From IMG/VR virus record IMGVR_UViG_3300036833_000578, positions 1-32,909 of that record: 32,909 bases of DNA. One strand, given 5' to 3'. The stretch is from a virus (taxonomy: Duplodnaviria > Caudoviricetes). Positions 16,795-23,715 of the stretch are shown here, in pieces (position 1 is the first letter of the stretch; every line of letters begins with the position of its first letter). The translations under genes and the position numbers were made by a program. The notes beneath the pieces were generated by a model. The model was not told the origin of the DNA. It saw only the letters and a list, made by a program, of their open reading frames with translations, and made no database searches.

Positions 16795-16991
16795 ATGATG
16801 GTTCTCCTGGTTCTAGTAGTGCCCAACACAACGAACCGGAAGGACGCCGCTCCCTCTGCATTGATGGATCCGGGGACGGGCTCAAACCGTCGCCGGTGAC
16901 AGATCGATGGGGACGGTCCGGGGAAGGCCGGTCACTCGGCCCGAGACCCCCGGCCCTCGCGAGTGTCCGCGGGGGGGCGGCGTCGATCGGT

Positions 16992-17029
16992 ACGCCGTAC
17001 ATATACGGCTAACGCCGTACAGAAACAAG
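16992..17029 (-). promoter_or_regulatory. promoter/operator upstream of the ctrA-like operon
   Basis: Palindrome TACGG-N6-CCGTA at 17004-17019 plus an extra ACGCCGTAC at 16992-17000; minus-strand TTGTTT-N17-TATATG. Confidence 0.55.
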
Positions 17030-17045
17030 GGTAAATTAAGCGAGT

Positions 17046-17270
17046 TTAGCGGTCGCGGGGGCGGCTTCGCTTGACCAGCGAGCGGACCGAACGGCCCTCC
17101 TTGCGCTCGTTGGACGCGATCAGGTCGAGGGCGAAATTGATCAGATAGACGATCGCGGCAGTGCGCGAGGGAGCGACCTGCTGGTCTTGACACCAGCCGT
17201 CGACCCGCTCGACGAGCTCCGGGGGGACGCGGAGCTCGAGACGGGCGGTGGCTCGGGGGGTGCGCGGCAT
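17046..17270 (-). CDS. ribbon-helix-helix (Arc/CopG-like) regulator
   Basis: RLELRVPPELVERVDGW......SRTAAIVYLI. Confidence 0.85.
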   Translation of the reverse strand: MPRTPRATARLELRVPPELVERVDGWCQDQQVAPSRTAAIVYLINFALDLIASNERKEGRSVRSLVKRSRPRDR

Positions 17271-17276
17271 CCCGTC

Positions 17277-17304
17277 ATTGTACGGAAAACGCCGTATAGG
17301 TCAA
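17277..17304 (-). promoter_or_regulatory. sigma70 promoter with embedded operator; probably a leaderless transcript
   Basis: TTGACC-N16-TACAAT, then 6 nt to the ATG; TACGG-N6-CCGTA at 17281-17296 overlaps the spacer and -10. Confidence 0.75.
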
Positions 17305-17535
17305 TGGATTGTCACGCAGCGGTAGTGAACGGCGACGGGTAACCCGGTGACCGCCAGGGCGCGGTTGTCCTCGCGCTGAAACTGCCGGGCGAGTGGGCTG
17401 CAGTCGGCCCAGCCCTGATGGTAGCTCAGCGGTTTGCAGCCGGACTGGGTGTGGGTCGCGTAGCACTGCAGAAGGGCTACCAGGAGCAGCGATACCAGGC
17501 TTCTCATGGGCGCTGGAAATCGGCGGGGGTTTCCA

Positions 17536-17868
17536 TCAGGTCTCTCCCGCCGGTTCCTCCGCCAATTGTGGCGAGGGCAGAGGCTTGAGCAGTTGTTCCA
17601 GCGCCGCGACGTGTTCGGGACACAGCAAGCCGTCGCGATACCACTGGGTGCCTGGTCCAAAATCGAGGACAGGTGTCGGGTGCGCCTGCCAGAAGACGTG
17701 AAGGTAGACCCAGCCCCGAGGCAGGGCGGTGCCGTTGGCGCAAGCGACGGCCACGCAGTTGCCCCAGGCGCAGGCGGTGGGTAAAGCGGCATATTGGCTT
17801 GGTGATATCTCGACCTGACCGAGCAGCCGGAAGGTCGGTGCCTTGCTGCGGCGTTGGTGACGGTTCAC
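17536..17868 (-). CDS. putative zinc-binding hypothetical protein
   Basis: CAWGNC...LPRGW...LCPEH; GGAGGA RBS. Confidence 0.7.
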   Translation of the reverse strand: MNRHQRRSKAPTFRLLGQVEISPSQYAALPTACAWGNCVAVACANGTALPRGWVYLHVFWQAHPTPVLDFGPGTQWYRDGLLCPEHVAALEQLLKPLPSPQLAEEPAGET

Positions 17869-17952
17869 TGATATTCCTCCGCGTGTTGCATTAAGCGCCG
17901 GAACAATATGACATCAACCCGTGCTTCGGGCAAGTGTACGGGAGGGGATTTC

Positions 17953-18291
17953 GTGCCACCACGTTGGTCAAAGGAGAGCGACGCCTATGTTGACCGCCGC
18001 ACCGCGGAGGGAGCGAATTACGCGACGATCGCCGGTGAGCTCGGGCCCGAGATCACCGCCGCGGCGATCGCCGGCCGGATGCGGCGACGAATACTGGCCG
18101 CCGCCGGCCGCGAGCCGATCAGTGCCGCCGTGCTCGATGAGCGTCTTACAACCGAGGGATGTCGCTGGGTCATCGGCGAGCCCGGTCGCGGTGGTGACTG
18201 GCGTTGGTGCGGGGCAAAAATTGTCGATGGTAGCTGGTGTGCGGCGCACGCCGCGATTGGGCGAACACGAGGGGGGAACAAACCACTATGA
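17953..18291 (+). CDS. gcrA: GcrA-like cell-cycle regulator (compact)
   Basis: N-terminal W....EG.....IAGELG..IT..AIAGRMRR helix-turn-helix; C-terminal CRWVIGEP....WCG......WCAAH; GGAGG RBS before GTG. Confidence 0.82.
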   Translation: MPPRWSKESDAYVDRRTAEGANYATIAGELGPEITAAAIAGRMRRRILAAAGREPISAAVLDERLTTEGCRWVIGEPGRGGDWRWCGAKIVDGSWCAAHAAIGRTRGGNKPL

Positions 18292-18860
18292 GGCAGCAAC
18301 GAAACAGGCGGCGGGTCGGGGACGAGGAAGCGCGGATTGCACCACCGCCGGAGCGGTTTCGGGCAGATCACGTTTCGGGTGCGCTGGTGGTGCGTTGCGA
18401 AGAGCCGGTGGTCGATGCCGATGGCGGAGTTGGCCGGCCGTGGAAGGCGCTCGACACCTTGGCCAGGATGGAGCGCGCCGGCTCGATCTCGCGTGGCATG
18501 CGAGCGGCCGGGGTCCTCTTTAACGAGTATTTTAACAATGCCGGGTTAGATCCGCTGTGGGCCGCCGACCCAACGCGGATTCCGGTATTGACGATGAGCG
18601 GCAAGCCCTGGTCGATCGGTCGCCGCGGCTCGGGCTCGGCCCTCGAGGCGGTGATCGATGCATTGGTGATGCTGGGCGGGATTTCGTCGCCCGGCGGGTC
18701 GTGTGCCTGGCATGTTCTGGGGTGCGAAATGACAATCGAACGCTGGGCAATCTCGCGATCGTGGTGCGGTCACCCGGTGCACCGCAAGGTGGCGTCCGGC
18801 ATCCTGTTGACGGACTTGGGGATTTTGGAAAATTACTTTGGGCTGAGCAAAGACGCTTGA
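18288..18860 (+). CDS. DUF6456-like putative late-gene regulator/antiterminator
   Basis: LARM...GSIS....AAG..F motif and C-terminal HTH ending L..YFGL; sits immediately before the packaging genes. Confidence 0.6.
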   Translation: MRQQRNRRRVGDEEARIAPPPERFRADHVSGALVVRCEEPVVDADGGVGRPWKALDTLARMERAGSISRGMRAAGVLFNEYFNNAGLDPLWAADPTRIPVLTMSGKPWSIGRRGSGSALEAVIDALVMLGGISSPGGSCAWHVLGCEMTIERWAISRSWCGHPVHRKVASGILLTDLGILENYFGLSKDA

Positions 18861-18947
18861 CAGGGTGGGGTCCCCCAGAAAAAGTTTTTGCCCGACGGGT
18901 GGGGGTGCGTCCCCCACCTGGACCAAACCCAGAACATCGGAAAAGTG

Positions 18948-21152
18948 ATGCCGAGCTACGAGCCGCAGGGCGCGCAGCTGCGTGCCTTCTCCGCCTCCAA
19001 TGCGTTTCTGCGGGCCTTGATCGGGCCGATCTACGGCGGCCGCAAAAGCTGCTGCATCAACGATATCGTTCGACGGGCGACAATCCGGCGGTGGGCGAAG
19101 CAAACTCGCTGGCGATGGGTCGTGGTGGCGCCGATCCGCCGCGAGCTCGAGCGATTTGTGATCCCGACGATCAAGAATTGGCTCGAAGTCGGCGAATACG
19201 ACGACAAAGGGCGGCATTTTGCCCTGCATTACCGCCTCGAGGATGGGGTTCAGCGTCTGATCGAGATCGATTTCCTCGGTATGGACGACGCGCAGGACCG
19301 AAAACGCTTTGGTGTGGCCACGGCGACGGGTGTCTGGCTCGACGATGCCCGGAATTTGAGCGAAAGCGTTCTCGAAGACGCGATGCGCATCGCCGGCACG
19401 TACCCGACACCGCTCGCCGGTGGGGCGATGTGGTCGGGGGTGATCTGCTCGTCGCGGATGCCGCCGCCTGGTCATTGGCTGGTGCGCAGGCCAGAGGACC
19501 CGGGCGATTTACAGCTGTTTCGCCAGCCTGGCGGGCGGACTGCGGAGGCTGAGAACCTGCCGGCGCTGCGGGCCAGGGGCTTCAGCTACGAGGCGTTTGC
19601 CGGCGAGCGCGACGCCGACTGGATCAGGGTCAATATCGACGGCGAGCTCGGGCAAACCGCCACCGAGGCCGCGGCCGAGGCGGAACGAGCAGCGGCCCGC
19701 GAGCAATTGACCCGCTGGGTCGGGCTGACGATGCCCGATTTGACGCCGGCAAGGCATCACGAGCTATTGATTGCCAAGCTCGAGGCCCTGGCGCGGCGCG
19801 AAATCAAGCGTCTGATGTTCTTTTTGCCGCCTGGATCGGCCAAAAGCACCTATGGCAGCGTGCTTTTCCCCTCCTGGTACATCGGCAACTACCCGACGCA
19901 CTCGGTAATCGCCGCTTCGCACTCCAAAGAGCTGGCCGAACGGTTTGGCCGCCGGGTGCGCAACATCGTCGGTTCACCAATCTTTCGCGAAACGTTCGGA
20001 TTTGGCCTCAGTGGCGATTCGGGTGCCGCCGGGCGCTGGGAAACCGCTCGCGGGGGCGAATATTTTGCCGTCGGCGTCGACGCCTCGGTCACCGGCCGGC
20101 GCGCTCATCTCGGCATCATCGATGATCCGGTCAAAGGGCGGGCCGAGGCCGACAGCGCGACGGTCCGGCAGCACGTTTGGGAATGGTACAAGGCCGATTT
20201 CTGGACCCGGCTCGTGCCCGAGGCGACGCTGCTCTACATCGGCACCCGGTGGCACGAGGACGATCTCGCCGGGCGCCTGCTCGAGGACGCCAAGGCCGGC
20301 GGCGAGCAATGGGAAGTGGTCAGCCTACCGGCGATTGTCGAGGAGGAGGGGGATGCGCTAGGCCGGATCATTGGCGAGCGGCTCTGGCCCGAGTGGTACA
20401 CCCCGGAGATGCTGGAGGTCGCCCAGCGCGACACGCGCAATTGGTCGGCACTCTGGCAGCAGCGGCCAATGCCGGAGTCGGGCGACTATTTCCAGAATGA
20501 CTGGGTGCGCTGGTACGACAGCGCCCCGCCGCGTGACCGGCTGCGCACCTATGGCGCCTCGGATTATGCGGTCAAGGCCAATGCCGGCGACTGGACGGTG
20601 CACCTGGTCGCCGGGATCGACCCCAACGATGATCTCTATCTCCTAGATCTGTGGCGCAAACAGACCGCCTCGAACGAATGGGTCGAATCGGTCATCGATC
20701 TGATGGATCTGTGGAAAACCATCACCTGGGCCGAGGAGGCCGGGCAGATCGAGAAGGGGGTCGGACCGTTTCTGACCAAGCGCCAGCTCGAGCGCAAGAT
20801 TTACGCGGTCAGAAAGCAATACAGCTCGGCCGCCGACAAGGCGGTGCGAGCCCAGGCGATCCGCGGCCGGGTGGCGATGGGCAAGGTGTACTTGCCCAAG
20901 CGCGCGCCCTGGGCGCCGGTGCTGCTCGACGAAATGCTGCGCTTTCCGGCTGGGAAAGCAGATGACCAGGTCGACGGCCTGGCCCTTTTGGGCCGGATGC
21001 TCGATGAGATGGTGCCGGGGAGTAAGCCAAAGCCGGCGGCCGAGGAGCCGCGCGGGGTTTCCGGGATGACTCTCGACGAGCTGTGGAAGCTCGATAAGCG
21101 CTACTTCAAAAACGGCCGGTTTGTCGGGGATGGTCGGCCACTGAGGATCTGA
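18948..21152 (+). CDS. terL: terminase large subunit with an extra N-terminal degenerate ATPase domain
   Basis: Main module: LPPGSAKS (Walker A), GIIDDP (Walker B), IGTRWHEDDL, nuclease ASDYA...DDQVD. The N-terminal ~235 aa resemble a second TerL ATPase. Confidence 0.92.
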   Translation: MPSYEPQGAQLRAFSASNAFLRALIGPIYGGRKSCCINDIVRRATIRRWAKQTRWRWVVVAPIRRELERFVIPTIKNWLEVGEYDDKGRHFALHYRLEDGVQRLIEIDFLGMDDAQDRKRFGVATATGVWLDDARNLSESVLEDAMRIAGTYPTPLAGGAMWSGVICSSRMPPPGHWLVRRPEDPGDLQLFRQPGGRTAEAENLPALRARGFSYEAFAGERDADWIRVNIDGELGQTATEAAAEAERAAAREQLTRWVGLTMPDLTPARHHELLIAKLEALARREIKRLMFFLPPGSAKSTYGSVLFPSWYIGNYPTHSVIAASHSKELAERFGRRVRNIVGSPIFRETFGFGLSGDSGAAGRWETARGGEYFAVGVDASVTGRRAHLGIIDDPVKGRAEADSATVRQHVWEWYKADFWTRLVPEATLLYIGTRWHEDDLAGRLLEDAKAGGEQWEVVSLPAIVEEEGDALGRIIGERLWPEWYTPEMLEVAQRDTRNWSALWQQRPMPESGDYFQNDWVRWYDSAPPRDRLRTYGASDYAVKANAGDWTVHLVAGIDPNDDLYLLDLWRKQTASNEWVESVIDLMDLWKTITWAEEAGQIEKGVGPFLTKRQLERKIYAVRKQYSSAADKAVRAQAIRGRVAMGKVYLPKRAPWAPVLLDEMLRFPAGKADDQVDGLALLGRMLDEMVPGSKPKPAAEEPRGVSGMTLDELWKLDKRYFKNGRFVGDGRPLRI

Positions 21153-21162
21153 GGGGGGAGCA

Positions 21163-21564
21163 ATGGCAGCTGTGCCGTCGATGGCGAACGAGGCGGTGAT
21201 CTCGGTCAATTACGATCCGACCGGGCTCGTCTGGGCCGATATGTTCGACAATCACGTAGTGGCGTGGATTGTCGACGAAGTCGAGCCGCAAAGCTTCGAG
21301 CCGGCGCCGCGCATCCTCGGCAGCCTGCCGCCGGCACCGCCCGACACGGCACCGGTATTGTCGCCGCAATGGGGTTTGGTGCTGTCGCAGGGCATGGTCT
21401 ATGTGCCCGATCAGGTGCGGCTGCCGGTTCATCAGTTCTTTGACTGGCTGGCCACCAACAATGGGGCGCGCCGGAAATTGCGCGGGCTGTTCTCGCAGCA
21501 GTTTCTGGGGACCACGTGGATCGACTGGGCCGCAGCCAACCCCGGCTCGGTGTGGGGCGGCTGA
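21163..21564 (+). CDS. hypothetical protein
   Basis: GGGGAG RBS; lies in the late operon. Confidence 0.75.
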   Translation: MAAVPSMANEAVISVNYDPTGLVWADMFDNHVVAWIVDEVEPQSFEPAPRILGSLPPAPPDTAPVLSPQWGLVLSQGMVYVPDQVRLPVHQFFDWLATNNGARRKLRGLFSQQFLGTTWIDWAAANPGSVWGG

Positions 21565-21566
21565 CG

Positions 21567-21950
21567 ATGGCCTTTGTCGTCGAGGATCCCGATCGGCACG
21601 CCGGCCAGGTGGTCGCGAACGGACATTGCGTGAGATTTGCCCAGGAAGCAGCCCGCCGTCTGCCGCATACCTCACAATGGCGGCGTGGCGCCCGGGTGCG
21701 CTACGGGAATGTGCCGCCCGGTACAGTCATCGCGACGTTTGAGTCCAACGGCTGTTATGGCAACCACATCGACGGGCGCTCGCACGCCGCGATCCTGGTC
21801 GCCGAGGAAGCGGGCGGACTGCGCGTCTGGGATCAATGGGTCGGGCATCCGGTGCAGCAGCGGCTGATCCGGTTTCGCGACGGCGCCGGCAAGCCGGTCA
21901 ATGACGGGGACGCTTTTCACGTCGTCGAGACCGAAGAAAGCCTCGCCTGA
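21567..21950 (+). CDS. BPSL0067/Tae2-like papain-fold peptidoglycan peptidase
   Basis: GHCVRF...P.TSQWRRG..V....PGTVIATF..G.Y......HAA......VWDQW with a Cys/His dyad. Confidence 0.8.
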   Translation: MAFVVEDPDRHAGQVVANGHCVRFAQEAARRLPHTSQWRRGARVRYGNVPPGTVIATFESNGCYGNHIDGRSHAAILVAEEAGGLRVWDQWVGHPVQQRLIRFRDGAGKPVNDGDAFHVVETEESLA

Positions 21951-23692
21951 TGGCCGATCTAGCGGTTGCCTCGACAGTTGTCGGCACAATCGAGGAGCGC
22001 AAGGACCTCGGCACCGAGCCGAATGCGATCTGGCGCTTCTGGAACTCGCAGCTAAAGCTCGCCGAGCGAACCGACGAGGACTGGATCAAGCGGGGGCGCC
22101 AGGCGGTCGACCGGTACCGCGACGAGCGCGACCAAAACGAGGCGCGGGCCAGCAAATACAATGTCTTGTGGTCAAATGTGGAGACCCTCAAGCCGGTGCT
22201 CTACGGGCGCACACCGGAACCGGACGTCGCCCGCCGGCACAAGGACCAGCACGACGCGGTGGCCTCGCTGGGCGCCCAGATCCTCGAAACCGCGCTCGAT
22301 TACGAGAATGATATCGAAGAATTCGACGCGGTGATGCAGCAAGTCGTCGAAGATCGGTTATTGCCGGGTCGTGGTGTCGCCAGAGTGTTCTACGAGCCGG
22401 AATTTGGCGAGGAAGAGGAAGACCAAGACGCCGAACCCGACGAAGAAGGTAATCAGCCGACATTTCAGTCGGTGACCAATGAGAGAGCGCCGGTGCGCTA
22501 TGTATTCTGGGAAGATTATCGAGAAACGCCGGCCCGCACCGAAGGTGAGATCTGGTGGAAGGCCTACCGGGTATTTATGACCCGCGACGAGCTGGTCGAG
22601 CGTTTTGGCAGTGAAATCGGCAAAAAGGTGACCCTCGATTACACCCCGTCGGGGGTGCATGCGGTGGCCAGCGAGGCGCAGTGGGGCCCGCTGGCGGATA
22701 TGTTCAAAAAGGCGACCGTTTGGGAGATTTGGGACCGCAACCGCAAGGAAGCGGTGTGGATCGCCAAGGCCTGGACGGATGCGCCGCTCGACACCCAGGA
22801 CGATCCCTTGGAATTGCCGGATTTTTTCCCGTCGCCGCCAGCTTTGCGGGCGACCACGACCAATGAGCAGCGGGTGTCGGTCAACGATTACGTCGAATAT
22901 CAAGATCAGGCGATGGAGCTCGACACATTGACCGCGCGGATCGACCGCCTGACCCGGGCACTCAAGGTCTCCGGTGTCTATGCGGGCTCGGAGAAGATGA
23001 CGCTGCAGCAGCTGGTCGACGATTCGAGCGAGAACCGGCTGATCCCGGTCGAGGATTGGACTGGTTTTGCCGGCGACAAGGGCGGGCTCAACGGGCTGAT
23101 CCAGTGGCTGCCGGTCGAGCAGATCGCCCGCGTCTTGATCCAGCTCTATGACGCCCGCGAGCGCACCCTGAGGATCATCTATCAGACGACCGGCATTGCC
23201 GACATTCTGCGGGGCGAAACCAATCCGATCGAGACGCTGGGGGCGCAGCAGCTCAAGACCCAGTTTGCGACCCGGCGCATCACCCGGGCGCAAAAGGACG
23301 TCGCCCGCTTTGCCCGCGACCTGCTGCGGCTCAAGGGTGCAGTGATGGCGCGGCATTTTATGCCCGAGACACTCTCGCGGATGTCCGGGCTCCCCGAACC
23401 GCTCCCGGCGCTGCCGCCACCCCCGCCAATGCTGATTCCCGCACCGTCTCCTGCGGTGCCCAGCCCGGCGACCATGGGCGGCCCGGCGTCCCCGTCGGCC
23501 TCCGTGCCGGGGGCGGTGCCAGGTGGTCCCGGTGCACCGCCCGGTGCTGTTGGACCAGTGCCGGCCATCGGTGGTCCTGGACGTCCGGGGCCGCCGGTTG
23601 CTTCCTCGGTGCCCGGGGCCCGCCTGGCTCCCGACGGCCGTCATTACGTGCCGGACCCGCGGCGTCCGGGCAAATACCTGATGGTGGCCTGA
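21950..23692 (+). CDS. portal protein, N-terminal part
   Basis: YNVLWSNVETLKPVLY..TPEPDVARR; DRLLPGRG..RV; FFPSP; TGIADILRG....ETLGAQQLK. Ends in a Pro/Gly linker plus an unrelated tail. Confidence 0.9.
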   Translation: MADLAVASTVVGTIEERKDLGTEPNAIWRFWNSQLKLAERTDEDWIKRGRQAVDRYRDERDQNEARASKYNVLWSNVETLKPVLYGRTPEPDVARRHKDQHDAVASLGAQILETALDYENDIEEFDAVMQQVVEDRLLPGRGVARVFYEPEFGEEEEDQDAEPDEEGNQPTFQSVTNERAPVRYVFWEDYRETPARTEGEIWWKAYRVFMTRDELVERFGSEIGKKVTLDYTPSGVHAVASEAQWGPLADMFKKATVWEIWDRNRKEAVWIAKAWTDAPLDTQDDPLELPDFFPSPPALRATTTNEQRVSVNDYVEYQDQAMELDTLTARIDRLTRALKVSGVYAGSEKMTLQQLVDDSSENRLIPVEDWTGFAGDKGGLNGLIQWLPVEQIARVLIQLYDARERTLRIIYQTTGIADILRGETNPIETLGAQQLKTQFATRRITRAQKDVARFARDLLRLKGAVMARHFMPETLSRMSGLPEPLPALPPPPPMLIPAPSPAVPSPATMGGPASPSASVPGAVPGGPGAPPGAVGPVPAIGGPGRPGPPVASSVPGARLAPDGRHYVPDPRRPGKYLMVA

Positions 23693-23715
23693 TGCGAGCT
23701 CGAGCGCGTTGAGCG

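Noticed and set aside
16800-16990. Riboswitch or tRNA in the ctrA-like leader
   Set aside because: GC-rich hairpins are possible, but no recognisable cloverleaf or aptamer consensus.
16800-17950. Full CtrA boxes (TTAA-N7-TTAA) near the ctrA-like gene
   Set aside because: Only isolated TTAA half-sites were found by eye (17036, 17891); a weight-matrix scan is needed.
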